DNA of 64,000 nucleotides, taken from assembly GCA_965644295.1 (NCBI GenBank), contig CBFFRP010000378.1, positions 186,001 through 250,000 of the forward strand, written 5' to 3'. The translations under genes and the position numbers were made by a program. Below are positions 35,286 to 49,424 of the stretch, one piece after another. The DNA comes from Paraphysomonas bandaiensis (lineage: Eukaryota; Protista; Chrysophyceae). Position 1 is the stretch's first letter; each line of letters begins with the position of its first letter. A model generated the notes under the pieces. The model made no database searches. It had not been told where the DNA came from and saw only the letters and a program-made list of their open reading frames with translations.

Positions 35286-37399
35286 ATGATACTATCAAAA
35301 ACATGGAAAAAGAAGACTTCTACAGAGGAGAATGTCAACAATGCCACTGAACAAAGCTCATCTACTACAAGTGGATGTAAGAGTACTGGAGTAGCTACAT
35401 TAACACTTCCTGATGGAACAACTACTGAATTACCTATACTATATGGAACTGATGTAAGATACGTGTGTATAGTGATGTGTATCATGCTATATGTATAGTC
35501 ATATGAATCATATGGGATTATATGGATAATGCATTCATTAATAGGGTCCTGGTATGATAGACATTCGATCACTCTATGCGAAAACTGGAATGTTTACTTA
35601 TGATCCTGGATTTACTTGTACTGGGAGTTGTGACTCTCAGATCACCTTCATTGATGGGTTACGGGGTATACTTCTATACAGAGGATATAGCATTGAGAGT
35701 ATTGCTGAGCGCTGTGACTATATGGAGGTCTGCTACCTCCTTATGTTCGGTGAACTTCCTTCAAAAGAACAAAAACAAGCCTTTGAAAGGAATATTAAGA
35801 GGGAGAGCATGGTTCACGAACAGCTTATTGCATTTTATAAAGGATTCAAAAGCGATGCTCATCCTATGGCAATCATGGTTGGGGTTGTCGGTGCATTATC
35901 ATCTTTCTTTAACGACAACCTGGATTTTTCTTCCATGTCATCTTGTGAATTGGCATGCACTCGATTGGTGAGATAATATTAGTATAAAGTTTTCATACTT
36001 ACACCTCTGCTCTTCTAGGTTGCCAAAATGCCTACAATTGCGGCCATTGCATACAAGACACACTTAGGTCAACCAATTGTGTATCCAAGATCCGATTTGA
36101 GTTTCAGCGAAAATTTTCTTCATATGCTCTTTGCGCTCCCGACGGAGGAATACCACGTCAATCCGGTATAGTAGCTATCGATGTATGATTTTTTCTAATG
36201 CGGTGGATAAGGTGTGTGCGCGTGCTCTAGATCTCATTTTCGTGTTGCATGCCGACCACGAGCAAAATGCTTCAACATCTACTGTACGTATCGCCGGGTC
36301 TTCCCAGGCCAACCCTTATGGTTTGTGTATTCCTTAACAGAGGAGTCCTTTGTCATTTGTTACGTAGCATGTATTGCGGCGGGTATTGCCTCACTATGGG
36401 GTCCTGCCCATGGAGGGGCGAACGAAGCAGTTTTGAATATGCTAGAAGAGATCGGGAGTGTCGAAAACATACCTGCTGCGATAGAAAAAGCTAAGGTTGG
36501 TGTTTTATAGCTGCTCTAGTGTGTTTTAACTATTGTAATTAGGATAAATCGTCGAACTTCAGGCTCATGGGCTTCGGACATCGGTATTACCAGCTAACGA
36601 TTTATGTTCTATACTCTCAATCCGATGATTTTTGTAGGGTATATAAAAATCGTGACCCTAGAGCTACGAAGATGAAAGCAATGTGTGAAGAAGTGCTTGA
36701 AAATCTTGGTATCACAAACCCGTTGCTGAGTAAGATGAGACGTTGCATGCGATGTATGTTTAATGAAGAAATTCAGGTATCGCTGTTGCATTGGAAGAGG
36801 CTGTATTGAAAGGTTTATTTTCACTGTTATGAAAACGACATAACGTTGTATACAGATGATTATTTCGTGTCACGAAAACTCTACCCGAATGTCGACTTCT
36901 ATTCTGGCATCGTACTTCACGCAATTGGAATTCCGAAGCTTATGTTTACGGTAATTAATATGAAATGCACTGGGGCTACTTCTCTTACACTTGTTCAGGT
37001 TCTATTTGCAGTTGCTAGAACGATTGGATGGGTTACACAGGTGTGTTTATTATATTTTGTATGATTTTAGTGCTTAACTATTGGGCTTAATTTGTGTAGT
37101 GGAGGGAAATGATTTCTGATAAAACCCAGAAGATCGGAAGACCACGCCAGTTGTACACGGTAAATTTCAGTTTCATGAGTTACCTCGGTTTGGTATTTAT
37201 TTATGTACAGGGTCCGGCTGCGCGGGAAGTTCCTCATCTAACAGTGCGAGAGCCATCTCAGGATGTAAGCTTTCTCGGCAGTACACGCAGCATGAGAAAT
37301 CTCTCAGTTTCATCTTCTGAATCGGACCCGACACTGTCTACATCGGACATTAAGCCAAGCGGTAAAACAAAGTTCCATTCGTCATCTCACACATCGTAA
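35286..37399 (+). CDS. gltA: Citrate synthase, bacterial/peroxisomal (GltA-like) type, 12 exons
   Basis: [64 protein letters not shown]|[35 protein letters not shown]. Eleven GT-AG introns restore the frame. Confidence 0.96.
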
Positions 37400-37850
37400 T
37401 TGTAATGGCGGGATACCTTCTCCGGAGTACAGGTCGAGAGTCACCTACCCCTATTTGAGATATACAGCATTCTATGTAAAATTATTTCGTTTTGTATGAT
37501 GCAACCGTAGGTACAGCTGTGGTAGCCTTTTTGTAGCCTATATGACGGAGTATTGGCGAATTAGTAACATAGTAACGATTCATCTTTATGGTGTATTTAC
37601 TTGACAATGCTCATTGCGATAAATTGAGATTACTAATCTTTGAAGTATGATATGTAAACTCAGTACACATAACACTTGAATATATATAATCATTCATTGC
37701 AACCTCTACTTTAACCTATCCATCTATCAATGATTTACAACTTTAAACAGTCACGATCTTATACAATCATCATATCAGTTTATCGAGTAGTATATTTTAT
37801 ATCACTTCATTTAACACATGTGAATAGCACACTTCGTAACTGGAGCGATT

Positions 37851-39354
37851 CAGGCTTGCGTAACCATTAGTGGTAATGGCCATTTATGGCCATTAATGAC
37901 CTTCCCCCATAAAATGAAAAAAAAGCAATCCATTAATGGCCATAAAAATGGGGGAGAGATGTAGTGCCCATTAGTGGCCATTAATGGCAATATCCATTAG
38001 TTAGTATCTAGTTGTCAGCACCATGTAAGAATACGTGACAAGACACGTCCTTCCGGTCCATTATTAGTTATTAATATATTATATACGTATTTAAGTCATT
38101 TAAGCAATCTGTTTTAAGAATTCATATAAATTCTATTGGTGTGATAACATCACAATCATGTTGTGAATGTTAACATGAATTGATTGTACCATCTTCTTTT
38201 CTAGTTTTAAATTCACAACTCAGCCACTTGTCAACATAGGCAATAAAAACTTTATGTAATACAATACAAAAAAGATAAAAATATGTAAAGATTGTGAGTA
38301 TAGTGAATAAACAATCAACGAAGACTTTAATTTAAACGAGAAGAAATTACCACACGAGTGGTTCGATCATATTTGCAATGTGTACGTGACAACGCATATA
38401 TATGCAATATAATGAACAAATATTGCCTTTATATACTTAGTAGGTATCGGCATTCAGCATCTTGGTTTTCGGAAATAAATTGAAGCATAAATTATTTACA
38501 TTACTGCAATACAACTACGTCTGGAATACAGGTAATTATTGCCTCAATATTAGAGGCATCTTTGAACAAAAATATACACTAAATCGCCACGTTCTCAGTC
38601 ATGTTGATCTGCAACTTCATCCATCTCTTGTTTATGATTCCATTTTTTTCCCTGATTTTTGACTTTAAAAAACTTAAATAGTCCATTTTTTAAGGACCCA
38701 AAACCACCCATTTATATAGATTTAAGACATGCGATATGCAGCAGGATTACCATAAATGTTCTGTTCAATTCATACACCGTTTTAATAAATGCGCGATCCG
38801 TCGGTGCTGTGGTACAGAAGGTTGTAAGTCCGCAACACAAGAGTAAGTAACAAATACCGCTTCCATGAATGATGGACAGAGTTCCAGCTGCATTCATGGA
38901 AGCGGTATTTGTTACTTACTCCTGTGTTGACTTGTGATAATTTTAATGACGATGTTACGGACTTACAACCTTCTGTACCACAGCACCGACGGATCGCGCA
39001 AGTAACATCAGACCTTGCAAAGCTTATTATGAGAGATCAGCGCAAGCTAATGGAACCCCAGCATATGGAGCTGCTACTCTTTTTGCATTGCAACTAATTC
39101 TTATGGAACGAAGTTACCATTGATGATATTATAGTTGCTGATGATGTTTAAGAATATTGTTCGCATTAGCTATCTGACCTGTAACATGGGAACGAACTGC
39201 TCATCATTGCTGTTAAATAGCTAGTACTTAGTCTAATTATTAACACTTTCCATTTACTTCTTTCTAAAGCAATAGTAATCAAACCATTAATGGTCATAAA
39301 AATGGGGGAAGCGATGCGTCGCCATTAATGGCCATTAATGGTTACGCAAGCCTG
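37851..39354 (+). mobile_element. hAT-superfamily non-autonomous transposon
   Basis: TIRs caggcttgcgtaaccatta / taatggttacgcaagcctg. Perfect 8-bp TSD gagcgatt (37843-37850, 39355-39362). Subterminal CCATTAATGG clusters. Remnant AKLIMRDQRKLMEPQHMELLLFLHCN*FLW of the transposase C-terminus. Confidence 0.93.
38790..39000. repeat. Fold-back inverted repeat inside the hAT element: arms 38790-38871 and 38891-39000 with a 28-nt bulge
   Basis: 38790-38832 is the reverse complement of 38958-39000. 38833-38871 is the reverse complement of 38891-38929 (1 mismatch). Confidence 0.93.
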
Positions 39355-39623
39355 GAGCGATTTCATAGTCTTAAGAAAACTCGATACTTATGATGCTCTA
39401 TATTGCACAAACCCACAGAAAAGGGCAAAAAAATCTTTGTCGTAACTAAACTAGCTACCTTCTTCGTAGATGTTTCACTTTATACAACTTACAATTTTCA
39501 CAACAATCCGATGTTTGTGATGATTATGCTTAATACAACACCTATACTACATCAAATATCACACAAGGCAGCAGTCAACAGAATATCTAAATTACAACAT
39601 GGTCTTATAGCTACACCTTACAT

Positions 39624-40660
39624 CTAATTATGCCGTGAAACTAGGATTGCACCACCAGTTGCACTTCCCGTTGGTATATCATCCTCATCAATGCATCTCA
39701 ATCGCGGATCTGACGTGAAGCAGATGTGATTTTCATACATAGCTTCTATAATATCAGGGCTTTGTTCTGCATCTTCTAAGTTGTCGTCAGTACCAGTCAA
39801 ATTAAAAAATGTAATTCCTCGAATGGTAAAACGCAATCCCCATTTCTTTTGTGATGAACAACGAACAGGTTCATCCAACACAGTAGTGCCATATTCGGTA
39901 ACATAAAAAATCCCAACTGATACTTCAATAGACAAAGCCTTCGCTAGAGTGGAGACAGGAACAAGCATAACATCAGCAGGATCTGCAGATACGTGTCACA
40001 CTACTAAAGTACACAGTCAGACAATTTACCTAGCAGTTTCCGGAGGCACTGGAATGTCACACCACCACTGCTGGTTCGGCATATTGATTTCAGAGCAACA
40101 GTTGCAAAACACCTCTTTACGGAAGATGATATCGACGCTAAGGAACACTGTTCCATAATAACATCTATCGAATCACAAAGAGCAGCTATGATACCGTCCA
40201 ATCCATACCCTGCACCAGTTATACGGCGCCCATTAATCACAACCCGATCTCTCTCCAAATCACGTCGCAATTGCTTCAGAGAAACATCATTGAAAGCTGT
40301 ATCAGATAAATCCGAGTAATCCCTGACATCCACACGCAATGGTAGCTGCATAAGCAGCTCTTTTCGTGTCAAAAATGGAGTTGTTTGTTCGCTGTCATGA
40401 TTTGATTTCGACACCGATAGATTCCGCACACATCCACTACGTTTCAATGCATCACACTCTGCATCAAGTGATGCATATAAGAATTCCGCAAGTCGTCTTG
40501 TGGTAGTATGTATATGCATTGACTTTTTCTGATTCTTCGGAATAGGAATTATACTGTCACTGAAACTACTGACATCTAACCATTCATTAAATACAATTTG
40601 GTTATCACTGAGAAGTAACTGAGAGTCACTTTCAGCATCATTGAGTCCATATGAGACCAT
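39624..40660 (-). CDS. Hypothetical protein, two exons
   Basis: ORFs 40004..40660 and 39624..39968 can be linked by a short intron near 39980-40029. Contains LKQLRRDLERDRVVINGRRI. No family recognised with certainty. Confidence 0.6.
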
Positions 40661-41986
40661 GATGGAAAGTGGGGAGGTAAGGATATGTATGATGGATTAA
40701 GTGGGTGGAGAGATAATGTGTGTACGATATATATATACATATATATAGCAGGGTATGCACAGTGACTATATTGAAACACACGTACAAAGAGGCACTATAC
40801 ATACACCACCACCGATAGAGATCCATTATACTACATTATACACTAACACAGACAGAAAAGTCTAAAATAGTGCTGTTATGTGGAACAATTTCCCGTATTT
40901 TAGGAATTTAACTACCAAAAAACGGGGAAATTAACCAGTTGTTCAAAATATTGGGAGATGGATCAGGTCAGTGCAAGGATTGCATCATGTCTATGACTGT
41001 TAAGGCATTGATGTGTATCTATTGACCTGATTGCGTTCACAGCAAAGAAAAGTAGAAGATATTGGATAAGAGGCTAATACAGTATTACTAGTGAGGAGTA
41101 TTCATAAAGGCCAGGATGTGATCGCTACAGCCGACATCAGTGACTATCATTTTCAATCTACTAAATTTTCCATTTGTTCCTATTAAGCTCAACTAATACT
41201 ATCATTGATAGATACTATTACCAGTAAGAAGCGCTCCCAAACCAATAGAAACTATAGAATCGAAATAACTTATCGGCATAACCGTGATATCAAATCTTGA
41301 TAGCTACAGTATGTTATTTTAGATTCATATGAATAAACAAGGAAGCAGTTTTATGTGTATACAGTAAAGAGGCCGTATTCAAAATCAATGCATTTAGCTC
41401 TGATTATTACTTACTATGCTATTTTATTGACTTCACACTGTATGTATTTAAATATAAGAGCTGATGATACATAATAATATATATGTACTTTCCGGTGGCG
41501 TGGACATTGTTGATTGATCATTGGTTGCAAATATATGACCTCAAGATTCTCTGTGATACTCATTAAATAAAGGCTGCAGTCGTAGAACTCTAAGAAATTT
41601 TGTAATATCCACCTTCACCTCCGTCACTAAAATTATTTAATGCGATAACCATCTACCTATTGTCTATATTGTCAGGCATCGCATGCAGCGTACTTTTTCT
41701 GCAATATATAACCTTGTTGATATCACCTTATATATTATAATATTACGAAACTAGTGCATGAACATGGACCTTTATGACAACAGGTTACGGCTGTATACGG
41801 CATGATGTAATTCCAGGTACTATGAATCATTTTCTATATACAATTAGTAGTGTCAGAAACAGACACGGCACCGAAAATATGGGAGACACCTTCCCCAGAA
41901 GACCAAATTCGCAATCATGCAAAATCAATGTTACAACTACCCTCACTTTACTGATCAATTAAACATGGCGGGTTAACGAACACATT

Positions 41987-43357
41987 TCATGCTGATAAAT
42001 ACTGGACCGCGGCTTCAACTGAGTTGTCACATTCCTTCAACGCTTTCTCTGCATCCGCCATTGGAAACCCCATGTTCTATTATTAAGAAGTAACCACATG
42101 CAGCGCAGATAAGCGTTTAATTCCACTCACCACTAAGGAATTTAGTTTAGAATCATCAACAGCATGAGTACGAGAGGGAGGAGCAGATGATCCGGCTACA
42201 AATGAGGACGACCGATCAACATCGAGCCCCTTCTCGGACAGCGCCTTCAACCGCCTTGCAGCCATGGCTTCTCGTGTTGTTGCAGAAGACGACTGGCCAG
42301 ATAGCGCAGAACTCAATACAGAAGACCTAGAAGTGAGTGTACGCCCTGAACCGGGAAACTAAACAATATTATCCAGGTAGCGTCCAATCAATTGATGTCA
42401 AACCTGATCGACAGTGCTATTCGTATTCTGCTCTCTACCACCACGCCACAACGACTCCATTCCACTTGCTGTTGGGGCCGCCTGATAGTCTGATCTCGGC
42501 TGATCTCCGACATCTCCACTGTAAACAGCTAGCCCAAGAGCTGATTCTGAACCGACCCAGCCATTGTACCTGTAAGTGGCTATCATACAAAAAAAAAGCA
42601 ATCACATGATGTAGAGACCTTGTGCAAGAAGACAAGAACCCAGACTCCATTCGTTGTATAGTTGCAATAGATGGCTTTGCAAAGTTTAGATATCCTTTAC
42701 TAAACATATAACCCACGCTCATGGAAACTGCAAAGTCTAACTGCGGTCCGGAGAAGAGACAAAAAAATACATACAATACTAGAGGGAAATACTTAGACGG
42801 AATATCTACTGGAAAACATAGTAACCGCCGCGGTGCATCAGGTATCTAAAAAACAAGTTATACATATTCACACGTAGACAAATTAAAACCTGCATGCATT
42901 CGACAACAATCAAGCCAAACAATATGGTCCAGAACCCACTGCATCCCCAAAACAGCGCTTCTGGTACACCGAAAATATACGCAGATACACATATGGCATC
43001 AAAAATAATATTTGTTGCAAGAGAAAAAGTGCATAATTGAAGAAAATATTCGCATGATCCTAATGCTCTTTCCATTCTGGTTCCCATCATTGGATAGAAT
43101 AAACATATCATGATGATAGTAATAAGGCTATTTCCAACCACTGGAGAAAGGATTATTCTATATATTTCAAAATGCATAACAGAAAAATAAGGAATATTTC
43201 CTAAGACTACATCAGCTGAAAAGAAGAAACTTGCTATGTATAGAATAACAATACCGACCATTGAAGATCTTGTTATAAACGGTGTGTTACCACTCCATTC
43301 ATCATACATTCGTTTAAGGGGATTTGTATTCATGTTAGGAGCTGATGGGTCACTCAT
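41987..43357 (-). CDS. Rhomboid-like membrane protein with C-terminal UBA domain (multi-exon)
   Basis: TPFITR, EIYRIILSP (WR-like), MERALGS, GCSG, IPSKYFP, and UBA LVNMGFPMADAEKALKECDNSVEAAVQYL*. Confidence 0.85.
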
Positions 43358-44006
43358 TGATAAATCTATGGGTGATTATAGTGGTTTGTTTAGTATAATG
43401 ATATGATGGAGTGATGTTTATATATATATATGTGTATATTTAGCTAGTGTTGAGGTACTTTTATATACTGCTGTACATATATATGTACTGTATATGTGTC
43501 TGGTATCACCAGTATTGAAGTATATGTACACAGAAGGATAGGAGGATACACATACAATAGTGGACATTCTGCTGTGTATACACTATACAAAAAGTACATA
43601 CTAATGCTAAAAATCCCTAGTTTCCGGTTTCATACCATACCAAATGTACAAGAAATACGAGGCATATACAGTATATCGCTGTATAGGAGAGTCCAGGAGC
43701 GTTTCAAGTGGCGGTATATGTAGAGTGTATAGTCTACAGGTGTATCTATAGGCGTGGGTGTACAGCTAATTGTACAGGAGGGGTATGTATGTATATGTAG
43801 CGATATCTACTTAGAGAGATGTGTACTTACATACTCCACTATTACCCCGACTATTAATAATAACACATATCATAAACTATCTCATCACCCCTCTATAACG
43901 ATAGGTGGCTGTCCATTAAAGCCGGCCATGTTCACATATCTATAGTTAACTGTATACATATATACATATATACATACCGTTTCAGCGAATATTTTTATCG
44001 TTAGAA

Positions 44007-45280
44007 ATGCGAAACTCTTGGTTACTAAATTATGAGAACCGATGCAGATTACGGAGTAGTCGAAGACGTTGTTTAAGAGAAGTAAAAGTGAAAAGTAGAA
44101 ATCAGAATACTCCACAAGTTATAAATGACCGTCCTAGTGATGAACAAAACCATTCCAGCTCACGTGAACACTTGAATGATGACGACAACAGTGCAATTGG
44201 AAGTGTTATGAGTACAAATTCCACTGTTGTGTCTTTTATTGTTGATAAAGAGCATAAGCGCGGACAGCATATTTTGCAAATGGCTGAGAAAGGTAATGTG
44301 TTGCATTGTGGAGCAGGATCAGTTGGTGGACATATATCGCGACAACTGAAACGAGCTACACCAGAATCGTGCCACATAAAAAAAGACACCGCGACGTCTC
44401 CATTTAATTATGGCGCAAGCTCAAGTGAACTTTTAACGTTTCGCAAGGCCAAGCCAGTGGAACGTGAGGAATGGAACCAACGAATGTAATTTTTGAAATT
44501 TTACTATTGCTATAGTTTTATAGATGTGTCACAGATATCCCAAGTCATTATATTTTGATGAAATAACTCCACGAAAAGGTACTATGCCCAAACAACGGTA
44601 CGATAATACAAAGACCACCACAGTTCGAGATTCTGTTATTCGAGACAAAATGTACGGAAGCATTCAAAGTCCTGCGCCAAGCAAGCCTCACACAAGTGGC
44701 ACGTGTGAACATGAAGAAAATGATGTAATTTATCCTTCTTTCGAAAACGAGTCGAGCAACAACGTATGGGACTCTCTTTTCGATGAGTTTAGGACCGCTG
44801 GAAGTGCCATACGTCCCGCAGATCTAGTTGAACTCGCAAATATTCATGTTACGCCGGAGTATGTGTCCCCAGTATTTGAGTATATCCATATCCTTATACT
44901 TGGAAAGAAACCTGAACAAAAGAAAGTATATAGCAGTAAGTGTGATGCTAGAAAAATACTCTTGCGAGAAAGTTCGTCATTGCTACAGTATATGCAGCAG
45001 GTGTGTGTCGAATTTGTTTTTGCTGTGGTTTGGATCAACATTGTTTGCAGATTGATCCACGAAATATTCCATTGGACAACATTAAGGAAGCCACAGAATT
45101 CTTCAAAGGGAGTATAACACCAAATCAAGGTCACACTCTTGCTCGATTAAGTAAGCCATTTACGAAAGTTGTGAGGTAAGTAATTCGTTTTCTTGCTACC
45201 TATATAATAATATTCATGCAGATGGGCCATATCGATGAATAAGTTGTGTCAGATGCTTCTCCATGCAGATTCTATAAAAT
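44007..45280 (+). CDS. Hypothetical, largely hydrophilic multi-exon protein
   Basis: ORFs 44007..44489 and 44524..45117 with GT-AG intron candidates. 3' end uncertain. Confidence 0.5.
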
Positions 45281-45977
45281 AGACTGTTATTATATATCAT
45301 TCAGTATTTTATGGTGGAAGTAATCATAGTTAGCTGTTGTGTTTATTTTGTAAGTAAAGTAACATACATATGTTTATACGTGTATAACTGTTCACATCCC
45401 ATGAGAATACTCTCTAGAAGTCTAGAAGTACACATCTGAACACTTTGACTAACGCTATGACGACTTAAATCAGTAGATGTTGTAAACTCAGTGTGTGATT
45501 ACTTTAACTTGTGACGAATATCGTTTCACGTTTCACTGTGTACGCATAACACATAGTATGAGAAAAGAGGCACTCCTCCATTTTTCACTGATTTTCATTT
45601 AAGTCGTGTGTGAATAATTGATCATCTCTACATTTGTTGTAACTTGTAACTACCCACCAGTAGTAAATCGCCACCTTGCTACACAGGTACAATACAATTC
45701 GTTCACTACAAAACAAATACTTACCTTCCGTTTTCCATAACAAAGAACTAAACAATGTAAATCGTCATAGTCAAACGCAACAGATACCTAGTATTTTTCA
45801 TACACCAAAATTATATTCAATATATTATTATTGTACATTTCAAGAAACTTTGAAAGAAACATGTCGTAGTAGTAGTGCATCTTACTGAAGTTTATAACAC
45901 ATAGATACTGAGTATGTTAAAATATTCAAATGGCATCGCAGTGGATAATGAGTGCTGGCAACAGATTGCATATCTTG

Positions 45978-47230
45978 TTAAGATAACACGGAGGAAATGC
46001 ACTGCAGATACCATGGCTGAGCGTCAAGACGCCGGGCAGGTGGTCGCGGAGGTTGTGATTGAGTAGGAGGAGGGGCCTGAGAGCAGTTGTTCACAGCCTC
46101 GCACCCAGGGCAGTACACATACATTGCATCCCGAGGGGCGGAGAGCCACTGTTGACAATTTCCACAGCACACATACTTCAAGTGTTCTTGTACTTGTTGT
46201 TGCTGTGTACTGTTACTGACAGTGCTTGTCTGGGACTGCTGAGTGTGTTGAGTATACTGAGTGTTCGAAGGGTGCTGAACATAATCTTGACTACGATGCT
46301 GTTGCTGACTTTGTTGAAGGTTCTGCTGCTGGTAATAATAGGTACTTGAGTTACTTGTAGGTGCCATCGAATCCTGTAGAGATTGCAACTCTTGCTGAAG
46401 TCTCAGATTTTCGACTACCAGATCAGACATCACGTCATCAGCGGGATCCCCGCAAGTGACCGGCTGCTGCTGTGAATGCGGGTCTGACTTGCTTATAGTA
46501 GGAGCGAGGAATGGCGCCTATGGAAAACAAATTTTAAAAAATCATATAATACATCTAAAAAGTGATACGGTCAACGTAGGTGGGCGTAGGTGGGCTTATA
46601 CAATTGTGTGTAAAACTATCGATGAGGATACACTTGCAGCGGAAGGATAATTACCGATTCATCTTCCTGCTCATCATCCACTCCCTCGTTCAGTTGAGAG
46701 CCCAGGCAGGAATCATAGGGGGGAGGCTGACTTTCCAACATATTTCCATTATAGCACATCTGAGGAGTGCCATCAGGAAGAGGTGGGTAAGAAACTCCAG
46801 TCTCGCATCGCTACACACATGACCACAATGAGTGGATACGATGATAATGTGGAAGACTGAACAAGACTTACATCCGATCCATAAAGTAGTGCAAACTGGT
46901 GAGAAGATAATGTAACCTGTGCAGGAGTAGATACTATTGAAGATGTACACTCAGATTCATGTGTAGTTTGTTTGATTGGTGTGTCACTTAACTCAATCAT
47001 ATGATGATCCTACAAAAAGATTATCAAACATAACATCAACATATATAGATAGATCTATTAACCTCTTCTATATTCTTTTCTGTTATGATTTGTTTATTAT
47101 TTTCATTTGATTTTGTTATAACTACATGTGATTTAGGAGCTTCTGGAAATGTCAGACCAGCAAATATATTCTGCGTATAGTCACTCTGAGACTCCTCTAA
47201 ATCCTCATATTTAGGAGGGGCAGCAATCAT
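45978..47230 (-). CDS. Protein with PPxY motifs, Q-rich region and a C-terminal LSD1-type C4 zinc finger (multi-exon)
   Basis: PPKYEDL, QPPPYD, short coiled coil ENLRLQQELQSL, CGNCQQWLSAPRDAMYVYCPGCEAVN. Confidence 0.7.
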
Positions 47231-49424
47231 ATTTATATACAGTTTAATTTATTTAATTATTCATGATGTTTATATATGTGTATTTCTTATCTATAGAAGA
47301 GTAGAGTATGTATGTATGTTAAGAGTGTTGATGTTCAGAGTGTGTCGAGGTCTACGTACATACATATATATACAGCAGTATGTACACTATACCATATACA
47401 GTATATCCCTATCCATAGCCTGTATATATATATACGTATATATATATGCAGTGTGTACGTAGTATTGAACAGAACAGAAAACCTTCTATATACATATCCG
47501 TATTCCATCGTATTCCTAAGGTTAGAGAAGATTTCCAGAATTAGAGGAAAGGATCGTAGTATGTACTTCTGTACTGAAAATATAGTATTTTCAGCATTCA
47601 AATTCAGTGAAAATGTGGAACTTGTTAGCATAATGCTCAAATATCCCGCTTTTAGAATATTTCGAGTAGGAGTCGTATGATCTGCCATTTTTATAATATA
47701 AATATCAGGGATTTTAAGACCATAATACGATCTTTTCGGCACTTTTCAACCGTTAAAGGTCGCCATAAACAGCACTTAAGATCCATGTTCACACTGTATG
47801 CATATTATAACACACAGTGATGAGATTATCACTATAAATCAAACAGATATGATAAGTTATCATCAACAATACTTTTAATACCTTACCCACGTGCATTTTA
47901 ACATGGATAGCAGCATTGGTATGCACCATAACCGTCTATATATTCACTGTGAATAGAATGAATCACTGAAAACAGAGCGCATGTTCAACTCATGATATCA
48001 TTCCTCTCTGCACACTCAGAGAAGATCTTGACTAATTTTGCAAATTGATGCCACGAGTTGTTTGATTTATTAAGAGAGATGACAAAATTATAAAGCGACG
48101 AAGCCGTTATATGTGTATAGTGATAAGCTTAATATTTGACCTGCGGCGCACGAATATTTTAGTGGGAGCTAGTATGATAGCTTGAAAGTTGTGATATGAT
48201 CACCAATTATATTAAGTAATGCAAATTATAGATATTATAGCCAATACATTAGATTAGTAGGTGTTATCTACATATCGTATGTCGCAATAGTACTATTCTT
48301 TCGTTCAGACATCAATGACCTTGACGATGAGCCAGAAGTGAGAAGTGTTAGCTAAATAGTCCAAACATTAATTCCTCACAACCTCAAGTACAAGGCGGTG
48401 TCAAGCACCCAAAGAAAAGAACTCATGTCACAGTTCTCCAGTCTCCATCACATACATATTTTGACGAATTGTTTAGGTGGAGGGATTAAAGAGATCATGA
48501 CCATCATGTAGAAAATTTATTGTTTCTGGTGTAGATATTGTCTTGTTTCAAGGCACATGCGATAGTTTATGTATCACATAAAGAGATGCGTTTTGAAATT
48601 AACACACCTCGACATACAATAGTATACAAAAAATACAAACGTAGTATTATTTTGTGAGACTAGGTTTCGTAAAAGCAGACCTTCCTCTATAATAATTATT
48701 AAACACGAAAGGGGGTATTTACCTTAAGTGAGGTATTAAGACATTATTAGACAAGTTTAGTCATCGTGACAGCTATATTGTTGTGGATGCAGATAAGACA
48801 CTTACTGTTGGCAGGCCAGATCTCTGTATTGCAGTGGACAGTCTACCTGGCAGAAGCAACCCAGACGAACTAGGAGGGCAAACGTAGACCTAGAAAACAA
48901 CTTATGGGGACTAGTACTCATATGTTCTCTATCGCCCTCACAGTTTCGAAGCAAAGTAATTTAGAGCCAGATTCAGAATACCTTGACTGTAGTTCATTCA
49001 GCAATTCCTTCCTGCATGTGCAGATAGCATTGAGATAGCAGCATTCCGATAAGAATGAAGATTATGACTTGTCTCCGAAGATTAAGGACATCGACTTGAG
49101 TGAATTCATTGCTAAAGATGTGGAAGGGAAGGTGTTACGATGGAATAACATCCCAAAGACCGCAGTAGTAGGTAGATATTGCAATCGCGATTTCTGTTAG
49201 CCATAGCTCAATGCTTGTGTGGTACAAGGGAACTAACACGTGTCACTTGTGTAGATGTCTTCGGCCCTTGACGAATAAACAGCCATCCGGGATAAGTTCA
49301 CATTTTAAGGACTAGAAACTCCTAAAGTCAGCAGATGTCAGGTATATCACCTTGATTGCTTTGGGTGATTGATGCCGAATATGAATTCAATTTACTTGTG
49401 ACATCTGTGTGGCCAGTCGCCGAG

